The notes under the pieces were generated by a model. The model saw only the letters and a program-made list of their open reading frames with translations. It did no database searches and was not told where the DNA came from. Positions 25,150 to 37,573 of a stretch of DNA of 64,000 nt are shown here, in pieces (the stretch's first letter is position 1; each line of letters begins with the position of its first letter). This DNA is from Octopus vulgaris (taxonomy: Eukaryota): assembly GCA_951406725.2 (NCBI GenBank), contig OX597814.1:204228001-204292000 (forward strand), given 5' to 3'. The translations under genes were made by a program, and so were the position numbers.

Positions 25150-26499
25150 TACTTATCTGCATTTAATTCTCAGCAGCATCCTTTCAATACTGGAGATATC
25201 ACATTTTTCTATAATTTTGGCATTTGATATCTTATCTTGCCAGTTTATATTATAGATATTGTGCAAGCAGTGCATGTGAAAAGTTTCAAGTTTCTTTATA
25301 TGTCTATGGTAGAGGGGTCCATACTTCTGACCCATACAAAAGTTTGCTCAAAATACAAGATTTGTATACACTTAACACTTATTTTACATTATTTACAATG
25401 GATGGATAACAACAAACAAGATGAGGACACCTTCTGTCCATTATAAATAATGTACATAATTCCTCATCTCAAAAATATAGAATAACACTTATTTTAGTTT
25501 ACAGTGTGACACTGTTCATCCTACAAATGATGGGAAAGTTTTTCAAAAGTACTTGTAGCCTTAGATATTCTAGGTGAAGCATGACCTTCAAACATTAGAC
25601 CTCACTGAGACAATGACTAGTGACCATGACCTTTGGAAATATGTTGTGCTTAAGAAGACCCAGTAAGCCAAGTGAGACCATAACCCATGGCCTGTGCCTG
25701 TGGTGTAGCCAGCCCACTCATGCATACCTTTCTTTGATTGGACACTAAACTCTGCTTGCAAAGACCTATTGAGGCAAGTGAAATTGAAATCAAATTCGCT
25801 GACATGGCTGATAACAACACAAACAACATTCGAGTGAGGTCATTGCCAGTGCTGCTGGACTGGCTCCTGTACAGGTGACACATAAAAAAAAACACCATTT
25901 GAGTGTGGCTGTTGCCAGTACCACCTGACTGGCCCTCATGCCAGTGGCACATAAAAGCACCCGCTACACTATCGGAGTGGTTGGCATTAGGAAGGGCATC
26001 CAGCTGCAGAAACTCTGCCAGATTAGATTGAGCCTGGTGCAACCATCTGGCTTGCCAGTCCTCAGTCAAACTGTCCAACACATGCCAGCATAGTAAGCGG
26101 ACGTTAAACAATGATGATGATGATGATGATGATTATTTTGGTCATCAAGGGTCCTCTTAAAGTTTACTGTGCTTCCAAGATGTTTAAATGACCTGACCCA
26201 TTTGAATAGTTTATTGTCAATCATCACATTTGAATCTTGAATATGTTCTATCCCAGGCTTTGGTTGGAATAAAACTTCAGTCTTTTTAATACTAATAGTC
26301 AGCCCAAATGCATGAGCTGCTGCAAAAACCTGTCAACTATTTCCTGAATTACCTCAAATATATAAGAAATCAAAGCACAATCATCAGCAAACAGACAGTC
26401 ATGAAGAATCTTTTCCTTGATCTTTTTCTTTGATCAGAAGCCTTGCCCATTTAGGTTTAGTAAACCTCCATCTATGCAAAACTGAAATTTTATACCTTC
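25150..26499 (-). mobile_element. Second RTE lineage (BovB-like) RT remnant, split by a later insertion
   Basis: LFADDCAL...AFGLTISIKKTEV at 26135-26499; YGSEVWT...LETFHMHCLHNIYNINWQDKISN at 25150-25480. Confidence 0.8.
25600..26132 (+). mobile_element. RTE 3' UTR copy nested in the older RTE
   Basis: Colinear with 8060-8721 including (GAT)n tail. Confidence 0.9.
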
Positions 26500-27474
26500 A
26501 TAGTAATCCGAAGGAGCAATATCTGCTGAATATGGAGGGTGGGGTAACACATCCCAGCTGAGCTGCAGCAATTTTTGTCTTGTTCCCAAAGAAACATGTG
26601 GTCTTCCTGTTGGCCAATTCTGGACGTTTCTCTTGAATTGCTGCTTTTAACTCATCCAGTTGTGTGCAGTATTTCTCAGAATTAATTGTCTGGTTACTTT
26701 GGAGAATCTCATAGTACAGAATTCCTTTTCAATCTCACCAGACACAAAGCAAGATTTTTTAGGGTGAAGACCCGCTTTTGGAGTGGCTACTCCAGGATCG
26801 CTTTCTCTGAACATTTCGATAGATAATCCATTTCTCATCACTTGTTACAATTTGCATTAAAAAAGGCGCATTTTCATTTCATTTATAAAGCGAATCACAG
26901 ATGGAAATGTGATCCAAAAGGTTCTACTCACTCAACTCATGTGGTACCCAAACATCGTAGCGATTTGTGTACCCAGGTGCTCATGAACAATGGATTTTGA
27001 TAGGCTGAGGCTTTCTGCTAATTCTAGGTTGTGTAATGCAGGTTACTCTCAATTAATGACTTGATTTGGTCATCATCTGTAGTGGATGGCTCTTTATCAA
27101 TAATCGCTCTTTATCAATAAGGCTACAATCTCCAACTCAGAACCTTGTGAGCCACTTCCATACAGTTCTTTCGCAATAAAGAAACATCACTGTAAACTTC
27201 ACATATTTCTTTGGTTGCTTGTGAGGTATTTTTCTCTTTACAGAAAAAGAAAAGCATCAAGTGCTGAAAATGAACTTTCTTATCTTCCATTTTAAAGGGT
27301 TACAGAATTAACACAGGTTATAGGAACATAAACTTTCTTCCACGAAAAGATAGCTTAAACTGTGCTCTAAATGGAGGTGTAGTAAAATCCTATTTTATGG
27401 ATTCAACCATGTACTAAAATAAGTCAAAAGGTAAGCTGCTATAAATCGGCACAAACTTTCCGGACAACCCAATA
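26500..27474 (-). mobile_element. mariner (DD34D) element, decayed, 3' end lost
   Basis: TA + TIR ttgggttgtccggaaagtttgtgccgat at ~27446-27474; ATG 27290 MEDKKVHFQHLMLFFF; DEKW, KAGLHPKK, HPPYSADIAPSDYY. Confidence 0.93.
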
Positions 27475-27602
27475 TTTATACATTATTATGTCTACAGATA
27501 TCTAATCTTGCATACATGTGTATATATAAGTACACACAAATATATGCACATAACACACATACATACATACATGCATTTATACATACGTACATACATACAT
27601 AC

Positions 27603-28155
27603 ATGGTGGCTGTCCCCTCGTTATCAGGTATGGCCACTGCACGAAGTTTAATCAATCTTGTTATAGTGCAATGCCTGTGCAAGAAGATTTTTTTTAAGTG
27701 AGGAAAGGCTGTGCACTGAGTCAATCCCACTCACTAAGCAACAGCAACTATAATCCGAAAAGAAGAACAAGTCAACATCATCGGTAACCACTGAGCCGCA
27801 GGTTTTATGTCGGCGTTATCCCAGTTACCTGAGTTACCTTCTCCTAGAAGGATGCCCTAACAAAGGCTAGGAGTCCTTCACTCCCAATGGTTTAACTGCG
27901 CGATCGGGTATTCAGTCCGATTATTCCTATGTCCCCGCGCATTATACAGCCTTAAGACATTTATTGGATGGCCGTTGACTCTCAAGTGTTCCTCTGCCCT
28001 TTGACAGGTTTTGTTTTTCATCCTGCAAGGTGTCCAATAAATACCCTCCTCACCAAGCAAGCTTGGTGGGGTTGCCGGTTTAGTCGCCAACGACCTGACC
28101 ATGCAACAGGTTGTACTGGGTTACATGTTACCAGTAGCACTCGAAAGTGACCTGA
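27603..28155 (-). mobile_element. Bipartite (5'UTR + 3' end) RTE-derived non-autonomous element
   Basis: GC-richer block; minus strand CCTTTGTTAGGGCATCCTTCTAGGAGAAGGTAACTC resembles RTE 5' UTR motif; (ATAC)n on both sides; no RT. Confidence 0.55.
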
Positions 28156-28231
28156 CATAACATACATACATACATACATGCATGTATATATATATGTTTA
28201 TGTATATATATATATATGCTGACACACAAAC

Positions 28232-28391
28232 ATAGGAGTAGCTGTGTGATAAGAAGCTTGCTTCCCAACCACATGGTTCTGGGTTCAGTCCCACTGTATA
28301 ACACCTTGGGTAAGTATCTTCTATTATAGCCTCAGTCTGACCAAAGCTTTGTGAGTGGATTTGGTAGATAGAAACTGAAAGAAGCCTGTCG

Positions 28392-28392
<1 letters not shown>
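28232..28392 (+). mobile_element. SINE family A, 5' half
   Basis: Matches 51499-51660. Confidence 0.88.
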
Positions 28393-28436
<44 letters not shown>

Positions 28437-28449
28437 CAGAGTGTAAGCA

Positions 28450-29077
28450 TCCTTTGCCTTATTTCCAATCACCAGCTGAGTATATATGTGGAGACAACCA
28501 AAAGAGGCATTTGATCCACACTGCCTTATTCCAACTGTTAAACATGGAGGAGGATCTGTGATGATCTGTTGGAGGGGCTATATCTTGGAAATCTGCCAGC
28601 CCAATGGTTTCCCTTCATGGCAGAATTTATAGTCAAGACTATTTAAGCATTTTATCTGATCAAATTCATCCTATGGTTGCGGAACTGTTTCCAGAGGGAA
28701 ACGCAATCCTTCAGGATGATAATGCACCAATTCACACAGCTAAAGTTATTACAGAATGGTACGAGGAACATTCTAGTGAAGTTGAACATCTTATCTGGCC
28801 ACTACAGTCCCCAGATCTCAATATTATCGAACATTTATGATGCATTTCAGAAAAACAAGTAAGGAGTCAATATCCTCTACCATCATCACTACAAGAACTG
28901 GAGACTGTTTTAACCGAAGAATGGACAAAAATTCCTTTGGAAACAATTCAAACTTTGTATAAGTCCATACCTCATAGAATTCAAGCTGTAATTACTGCCA
29001 AAGGCGGTCCTACACCATATTAAAATAAATTTGTTTGAAATTTTAAGGTGTTTCCATTATTTTGTCCAACACCTGTA
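28450..29077 (+). mobile_element. Tc1 (DD34E) transposon 3' half
   Basis: PTVKHGGGSVMI, LQDDNAPIH, WPLQSPDLNIIEHL; ends ttttgtccaacacctg + TA. Confidence 0.93.
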
Positions 29078-29251
29078 TATATATATATATATATATATAT
29101 ATGTTAGAAGAAATGAGGTAATCAGAAGATCGGATGGTTTATATTTACAGATATTTATTTATATATTACATTTTTTACATATATATCATATCACTTAGAT
29201 CATTAGCGCTTTCTCCCATTCTAGTGGGGTTTTCAAATCAAAATAATATAG

Positions 29252-29550
29252 TGAAGGCACATGGTTTAGTAGTTAGTGGATTTGTCTAACGACTGTAAGG
29301 TTGTGAGTTTGATTCCTGGTGGCACATCATGTCCTTGTTCCAGTCAATTCAGCTGGCAAAAATGAGCAGTACCTGTAATTCAAACGGCCAGCCTTGTCAC
29401 ATTCTGTGTCATACTGAATCTCCCTGAGAACTACATTAAGGGTATGTGTGTGTGTGCAGTGCTCGGGTACTTACATGTTAATTTCTCATGCTGGCTCTTC
29501 CATTGATCGAATCAACTGGAATGCTTATCATCATAATCAATAGAGTGCCC
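29252..29550 (+). mobile_element. SINE family C
   Basis: tgaaggcacatggtttagtagttag head...atcaactggaa tail. Confidence 0.8.
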
Positions 29551-29783
29551 AGCCTGCAACATATATGCTCATTTGTTTTTACATTCATTTTCTATACTAG
29601 TTTGGGTTTAACATTTGTATTCTGGAGATTATCAAAACATTTTTTAACAATAAGATCCTGTTGCTAATCCTTATTTGTGTTTTCAAGTAAAGGATCTTTT
29701 ATTTCACATGTTTTTAAAGGCTCAAACCAAGCAGGTTATTTGATGACAGGAGAATTGACAAGAACAACAATAAGTCACTTTCT

Positions 29784-30438
29784 TTAGCCCTTTAGCATTA
29801 AGATTACTCTGTCAAACGTACTTTACTTATCATACATTATCTTGCAGCTTCAATATTTCAATGAGGTAATTGCTTATATTTAGAATGACATTAAATGGTA
29901 GTTGTGAGATACCAGATCTGGCTGGCTTGAATATAAAACAGTTAGAATATTTGAGCTTGTAGTGATCCCTGGCGGTCAAGCAGGAAGGCAAAATGAAAAA
30001 GGGATCTAATTAGAGTAATCTCCCTCAATCTTCTCTAACATTCTAGAAGCTTCCAATTAACTTCCAGATGACATGGAAGTCAGGGACTTCTGGTTCATTC
30101 CTTATATAAAGAAACACATTTCTAATTTCGTACCACTCTTGCCTGTCAGTTCCTAGACATGCAGATGTTCGCCTCATTTGCTTTGAGACGTGGTTGCAAA
30201 ACATGTTAATGTGATACTACAAGCTTTTCCTTCAATTAACCTTATATGTTAACACATTACATCCAGTAATAAATATGTTATGACTTATTACAAACATTTT
30301 ACAAATTCCTGTTTTCTTGTCGTTTATGTGCAAGATGGTGACCCTTCTTTCTTGCATGCAATTATAAAAATTATAGGATGTCACTTACTGACAATCACTA
30401 TAAGCCTGATATGGCTGGTTTAAATACTAAAGGTATAA
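29784..30438. mobile_element. piggyBac-like MITE interrupted by a solo LTR
   Basis: Left end ttag-CCCTTTAGCATT, right end AATACTAAAGGT-ataa (degenerate TTAA and TIR). Confidence 0.6.
29958..30402 (+). mobile_element. Solo LTR (445 bp)
   Basis: Termini TGTAGTGAT...ATCACTATA; 4-bp flanks agct/agcc; TATATAAA at ~30103 and AATAAA at ~30268. Confidence 0.7.
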
Positions 30439-31297
30439 GAGTACACATGTGTGTGGAATATTCAACCACTTTCACATTAATTCAGGGGCAGGTAATTCAA
30501 TTGACTGAACAACTGAATCCTCATCATCAAAGACAGAAATCTACTACCATCATCCACCAAATATAGATTTGTGCATTTAAATGTCTATGACTCTTCCAGG
30601 GCACCAATTGTTGATAATAAACTTGTACACTGATACCCTTTATTTAACATCTTCAATCCAGTTTCTAAACAAACATGGTAGATGCTGTCATGAAACATGA
30701 TTTTTGTTTTGTTTATAAAACATTTGCTCAATGTTTATCTTACAACAGTGTTTCACAATGTTTGAGTTTACAACTGATAAACAAAACTGTAAATAGTTTG
30801 AACAGTGTGTGTGTGTGTGTGTTTATTTGTATGTGTGTGTGAGTGTGTGTGTGTGTGTGTTATTTGTATGTGCGTGTGTACATTTGTGTGTGTGTGTGTA
30901 AGACACTAGTGATATTTTGGTATCTAATAATGATAGTTAGCAACATATTTGCAATGGTGGTACAAGCAAAGGGGCTTAAATGTAGGAAAGTAATTAGCAC
31001 AAATTGATAGGAGTTAGTAAAAAACAAAGAAGATTAAAAATTACCAATTTGTTGTCAGTGTCAACACTATTATCCTTTTTGCTGGTGTTGTTCCCATTTC
31101 TGTCTTTATACCACACCCTACTTTTCATTAAATGCTTGAAAGGGCACAGTATTTCATTTTTACAACCATAATATATTAATAAGTATATTAAAGGTTTATA
31201 TATATATAGGGAGAGTTTACGAAAAAACAAAAGACAAAGACAGGTGGTGTACAAAACAAACAGATGTATTAGTATAACACTCAGGAATAGAAAAAGT

Positions 31298-31333
31298 CTT
31301 TTACGTTTCGAGCCTATGCTCTTCTACAGAAAG
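31298..31333 (-). ncRNA. Hammerhead-like motif with variant core (Penelope pLTR type)
   Basis: cttt CTGTAGAA gagc-atag-gctc GAAA CG TA aaag: stem I 4 bp, stem II 4 bp, palindromic ACGT stem III. Confidence 0.55.
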
Positions 31334-31704
31334 GGACACAGAAAAATCAAGGAGAGAAAAAAAATGTGTGTAGTGGCTAACGATCTATCATGGCGTCTGA
31401 CTCGGACAGAAGGGTCACACACGAGGGGAAAGTAGGGGAGCTAACAAAGTAAAGATGACCCCCAACACGAAGGTGCGTGCGTGTATAAGAGAGTACGTAG
31501 GTGCATGTGAAAGAAGGCTGGTGGTCTGGATGTGCACGTGTATGTATGTGTAGGTGTGAAAATGTGGGGATAGGTGTGCGGGTGGTGTGTTGTGATGTGT
31601 AATGTTGTATGGTGTAGTGTGGTGTGATGTTGTTGGGAGTTGGAGGAGGTGAGAGTGGGGAAAGCACAGGTGGAGTGTGGGTTCGGCTGAGGGTTGGGGT
31701 TTGT

Positions 31705-31855
31705 GGGCTTCTTTCAATTTCCATCTACCAAATCCACTCACAAGGCTTTGGTTGGCCCAAGGTTAAAGTAGAAGACACTTGCCCAAGGTGCTACACAGTG
31801 AGACTGAACCCAGAACCATGTGGTTGGGAAGCAAGTTTCTTACCACACAGCCACA
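31705..31855 (-). mobile_element. SINE family A, 5' half
   Basis: gggcttctttc...ttaccacacagccac. Confidence 0.88.
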
Positions 31856-31949
31856 TATTCATACATTCCTATTATACACACATCTCATTACAGAGCATTC
31901 TTCCTTTTTTTCCTTACTACTCTCTTTTTTAATTCTTTCCATCTTCATT

Positions 31950-32232
31950 CCATCATAATCATCATCTCATTATCATTGCCACCATCATAATCATAATCAT
32001 CACTACCCCCACCACCACCACTATCACTGTCATTACTACACCATTGGTAGTAACAACAACAGCCCCACCACCACCAACAGCAGTTTCAGCATCACCATCA
32101 TTGTTATCATTGTCATCATTATCACTGCCATCATTGTTGTCATCATCATCATTATCCTCCTCCTCTTCATCATCATCATCATCTTCATTATCATTATCAT
32201 TATCCTCTTTCTCATCATCATCATCATCATCA
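31950..32232. repeat. (CAT)n-rich low complexity
   Basis: TCA/CCA repeats. Confidence 0.9.
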
Positions 32233-33696
32233 GAACTCAGCCTCAGTTGCACTGTTTGAGAACAGACATATTTTTTTAACAACCAATTCTTCACACATCC
32301 ATGAATAAAATCAGTACAATCGATAGATGCAACGAAAATATCCATTATATTTCCAAAATTATACTCTAGTAGATGGGATGGAACATCCACCAAACCCGAT
32401 AATTTGTACAAAATAAATAATCTTTACACATACCTTTCCATCTTTCCACCTTGCTTTTTTATTTTTCATGTATATTTATTTATTTTAGTATTAAATAAAT
32501 CAAATATAAATGAAATTGCATCATAAAAATACATGCTAGATATTCATACGTTGATAAAAATATACAATGAAATTATTATTGAACAATACTTTTATTGTTA
32601 AAGAAAGAAAATTGCTAGAAACAAAATCAATATTAAATTGCTTTACCAAACCTTTTGAGAAATTTTATGGACTTTTTTAAGTATTTTATATTTTTCATCT
32701 TCATTTTGGAAACACATATTTATATATATATATTTTTCACCTTTCAATATTGTATGCTTGCCATCAAATCCTTATATTTTACAAAAAGAAAACAATAAAA
32801 AAATATCTTTAGTTTGAGTTTTATAATGGTAGTTTTTATTTCTTGTTAGATTGCCATCTGTGTATTATATTAAATGTCTGTCCAACTCATACCAGCATGG
32901 AAAGCGAACATTAAACAACGGTGGTGGTGGTGGTGGTGGTGGTGGTAGTGATGATGATGAAGATGTATATATATATATATACTGTTAAGAGATATAATGC
33001 TGTGGGTTTTGTCTGAGAGAAAATCTCTTCAGAGACATGTTGTGTTAAAACCTCAATTTATATCAAAGTGAGGCAAACATCATCACAGCAGCAACTCACA
33101 AGACTGACAGGCATCTTTTACCCCACTGGGGGCTTGTCAATACTATACACCTATCTTTCATTTGTTAAGATGAAATTTGGGCTTCAATATATAGTAAACA
33201 GGGAATAATACTTTCACTGGTTTATAGAAAGCTTGCCAGGCTGTATGCTGCTTCAATTGTCTTCACTTTGTTTTTGTTAGTTAATTGAATTCCATATGTA
33301 TTTCTATGTTGATTTCAAACTAAATGTGAGAACAATTAAGAACCAAAACAACAGTAAGTGCATGGTAACTTGACCTGCTAGAAATCACAGCCAAATCTAT
33401 CACTTGAATCACTTCAACTTAGAAAGAAATGGACACACACTAAATTATTTTGTTCTAGATATGCTATGTCAAGAATAAAAGATGGAATGTTCACACCTGG
33501 AATGCCTTTGAACATATAGGAGAACATGTTCGTTCTGCTCTACTAGTGCTGATCTGAGACTAAACAGCAATAACAACCAGCAAATTTAGTGAAACAGTTC
33601 ACCATTATCATCTGCTTCATTTAGTGTATTTATCCAAAAGGGCGTAAGTTTAAAGGTGTTATTTGATATAAAAAGGAGCTAAGTAACATATATAGA

Positions 33697-33729
<33 letters not shown>

Positions 33730-34329
33730 TCACATGTGTGTGTATACATACATAAATGTATTATATTTTATGAATGTATGTTAATCAAAGTACACAGTAT
33801 TATAGATCTCTTACAGCTGATCTTACCTATTGGTTTCATCCTGGGTACTAAAACTGAATGTTAGATAACAGCATGGTTAAGTAATAGCATCTGCTCTTCA
33901 GAGCTAGAAAGTATGAAAGAAATATGGTGACTACTCTTCATTATTGGAGGTGAAAATGTCAAATCCAATTTTTGAGTGCTATGAAAAAAGATGAAACAAA
34001 GCTATATGAGGCAAACTGAGCAAGGGTTTTATCAAGAGTTATGTTCCGTGGCCCCACAGTCTCTGAGTAGCTATAAGGTGGCAAGAGTTTTTTGAAAAAT
34101 GTACAAAGATTTAGGGATTGGTATTTGTGTAGGCTGGAATGTGTATAGGGGGTTTAAAGGGAAGTGAGGGTGGTCAGGTGTCTAAACTATAAAATCCATG
34201 TTTAAGTACATATATGTCTGTCTTCATATGAACATGTTTTGGTTAAACTCTTTCAATGGTTCTCAAGATATGATGGTGAAAAGGCTGAAGGTGGAGAACC
34301 TAGTAGTTATAGTCATGATGGTACCCATA

Positions 34330-34765
34330 AGTACAGCAACATATACCTTCTTTCATGTGGGAAAGATCTAAAAATCTTACTTCTGTAGCTTAGGTAGATG
34401 TCTGGATGCCTAGAATTAAATTTTTTGAAAAAGTTTTTCTCAGCTAAGTATAATCTGCATTTTCTATGGCTATTAAAACAAGCCTTACACTTCTCAAAGG
34501 TTTTTCACTTTATGTTGTACTCCATGACACTTTCTTTTAATGACCATACACACCTAGCCAAGGCTGTGATATTTTGTCTCTCTTGGGTTTTGAAGGAGGA
34601 CTCATTGAATCTGTTCCTGAAAGGACATTCATACCCAAATATTTTTGCACTTAGGTGAATGATTTGGGCCCTTAGATGTTACTTCTACCTCATAATTGAC
34701 TGTTTACATGTTATAGTGACCATTAAAGGGACATGTAGTGTACCTGTACATAGGCATCTAGTCTC
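34330..34765 (-). mobile_element. Penelope-like element GIY-YIG endonuclease remnant
   Basis: PFRNRFNESSFK...NITALARCVWSLKE...YNIK*KTFEKC...KCRLYLAEK...RSKIFRSFPHERRYML follows the PLE endonuclease C-terminal pattern. Confidence 0.75.
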
Positions 34766-34789
34766 TGTCTCACTAACATCTTTGCACTA

Positions 34790-35125
34790 GATGCACAGCT
34801 AAAGGAAACCCTTCAACTACTACTTTTGGTGCATCATTGGAAGGGAGACTATCAACATCCTCACAATATCATAGCTTCACTGAAGGCCACCATTGTCCAG
34901 GTAATGTCCGAAATGAATAAGGACCATTTACTGCAGGTATGTCAATGATTTCAGTCCTACATTGAAGTAGTCATTGAAACTGAAGGCAAATTCATAGGAT
35001 AATTTTATAAAAAAGCTTATTCAGAAGATGTGCACAAGTTTTTTATTAAAATACACTTGGTTTCTTGTTAGATTACAGTTCTTTAATTAAGTTACCAAAT
35101 TGTCCAAATACCGTTTGCACCCTGT
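34790..35125 (+). mobile_element. Tc1/mariner maT (DD37D)-like 3' end
   Basis: NPFNYYFWCIIGRET / HPHNIIASLKATIVQVMSEMNKDHL...IEVVIETEGKFIG*; terminal gtttgcaccctg. Confidence 0.75.
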
Positions 35126-35774
35126 GTGTGTGTATGTGTGTGTGTGTGTGTTCGTGCGTGTACTCATGCATGTGTGTGTGTAAAATTATAATGCATGTGT
35201 GTGTGTAAAATTGTTTTGGGTTGTTGCTTGTGAAATGATTTGGTTGAGTTGAGCTGATATCAATGAATGCAAGAACATGAATTCCATTTAAAATTTTAAA
35301 TACAATATTTATTTTATCCTAAAACAAAGCAATGCATTGTTGTCACAACCAATGCGGCAAGAATGTTTATACCAAGTAAAAACGGTTCAGTAGTTTGTGA
35401 TGTTTTTGTGTGACTCTAGTACCTAGGTGATATTTAGCTGTGCCATCATTGTCATTGTCATCCATTGATCTTAACTGCTGCAGCCACACTCAGAGGTGAC
35501 TGGCTTAAAGCATGCGCCACTACTCTCATTCATGCATTCTGATGATTAACAGAAAGCAGACCTATATACAGCTACATAAATGGCACCAAAAGATAGTACT
35601 ATTAATGAGATTCTGTTCTACTTGAGATCGAAGTGGTCAGTGCTTGCTAACATCATCAATAATTGATTGAATCATATTTCTGTTGTTTAATTGTTTTTGC
35701 ATCGGATACAGTGATCCAAATTTGATTTCTAGGCAATGAATTGGTGTTTTGGGACTGCCAAATACTCCTGCCAT

Positions 35775-35822
35775 ATGCACACACACACACACATGCACAA
35801 ACATACCCATGCACACACACAT

Positions 35823-35865
<43 letters not shown>

Positions 35866-35940
35866 ACCACCACCACCACCACCACCACCACCACCACCAC
35901 CACCACCACCACCACCACCACACCACACCACACCACACCA
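35775..35940. repeat. (CA)n-(CAC)n-(CACAC)n compound microsatellite
   Basis: Direct reading. Confidence 0.95.
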
Positions 35941-36098
35941 GGCATGGTTCCAGGAATTTTTCGAAGGAAGGGCACAAGGTCAGAAGGGAATAAAATTCCT
36001 GGAGAAAAAGGTGTAATAACATTATTTAGAAGGTTGCACTGCTTTTCTTGAGGGGGGGCACGTACCCCTCAGCCCTACCTTCCATTGAGTATGCCCTT
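35938..36098. mobile_element. Probable short MITE inserted in CA tract
   Basis: Degenerate termini caggcatggttccagg / ttgagtatgcccttg; internal gggggggcacgtacccc. Confidence 0.4.
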
Positions 36099-37188
36099 GC
36101 ACACACATACACTTTGTTGTAAATGTTCTGGCAGTTTACATTGTGGGTTAAAATCCTGTCAAGATCATGACAGTAACACTTTTGATCATGGGTTTGATTT
36201 GTTAGATCCACTCTGGGTTGTACAACAACAGCAACATAACTAAAATCTTGATCATTGAAACAATACAATGAACAACAGGACATAATTGTAATTTGAATTG
36301 GAAAATTCAACATATTTTGACTGATATTTGTTGGACATCTTACATCATCATTGAACAAGTGAGTGAAGTTAAAATATGAAATAATTGGATTTAAATGATA
36401 GAAAAATACTAATTTATTCTATCTAATAGTTCAGTATTAACCTATTTAATACAGAGACATTAAATTGCTAACTAGAAATAATTACATAATGAACAGATAG
36501 ATAGACAGACTGATAAATAATGTAAATTAGCGTTGATAAAGTTAATGCAAAGAATACTGAAAAAAAAACTAAGCTAAAAATAATTATGTGGATGGGTGGA
36601 TGGATGGATGGATGAATGAACTGATGATAGGACAGATGGATAGCCAGGTGGATGGACAGACAGACAGACAGACAAACAGATGGATAATTTAACATATTTA
36701 ATATACTGAGGAATTTAAAATAGAAGTAAACTAGAAATAATTATGTTGGGAATCAGAGTGGGACATAGACACACAGACATATAGTAAAGCTAGTGCTAAC
36801 ATATTTAATATAAAAAGGTATCTAGAAATAATTGTGTAGTGAAATAGATAGCCAATGTTCGTCATCATTATAATTTAATGTCCATATTCCATGCTGACAT
36901 GAGTTGAATGGTTCACAACAAGCCAGATGAGTGCATTGAATTTCCATTATCTGCTTTGGCATGGTTTTTATTGCTGGATGCTCTTCTTAATGCTACACAC
37001 TTTACAGAGTGTACTGGGTGCTTTTCTTTCATGACACTGACAATAGTGATAATATCAAGTAACTCACAAAACAAAACCCCTCAACTAAGAGGGTGTGTAG
37101 TATTGAGGGAGGCGAATTTATGCCAGGTGTTGATAGGTTAAAGTATGCAAGAGGGACAAGAATAAGTGTCTTGCTGTAGAGGAGATAT

Positions 37189-37573
37189 GGAAGCACTCTG
37201 TCAGTTACGACGATGAGGGTTCCGGTTGATCCGAATCAACGGAACAGCCTGCTCGTGAAATTAACGTGTAAGTGGCTGAGCACTCCACAGACACATGCAC
37301 CCTTAACATAGTTCTCGGGGATATTCAGCGTGACACAGAGAGTGACAAGGCCGGCCCCTTGAAATACAGGTACAACAGAAACAGGAAGTAAGAGCGAGAG
37401 AAAGTTGTGGTGAAAGAGTACAGCAGGGCTGACCACCATCCCCTGCCGGAGCCTCGTGGAGCTTTTTAGGTGTTTTCGCTCAATAAACACTCACAACACC
37501 CGGTCTGGGAATCGAAACCGCGATCCTATGACCGCGAGTCCGCTGCCCTAACCACTGGGCCATTGCACCTCCA
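37189..37573 (-). mobile_element. SINE family C, young full-length copy with 15-bp TSD
   Basis: TSD ctgtagaggagatat at 37174-37188 and 37574-37588; A box TGGCCCAGTGG, B box GTTTCGATTCC; CpGs retained. Confidence 0.95.

Noticed and set aside
37495-37573. tRNA gene
   Set aside because: A and B boxes belong to a SINE head with body and TSD; same for family A and B heads
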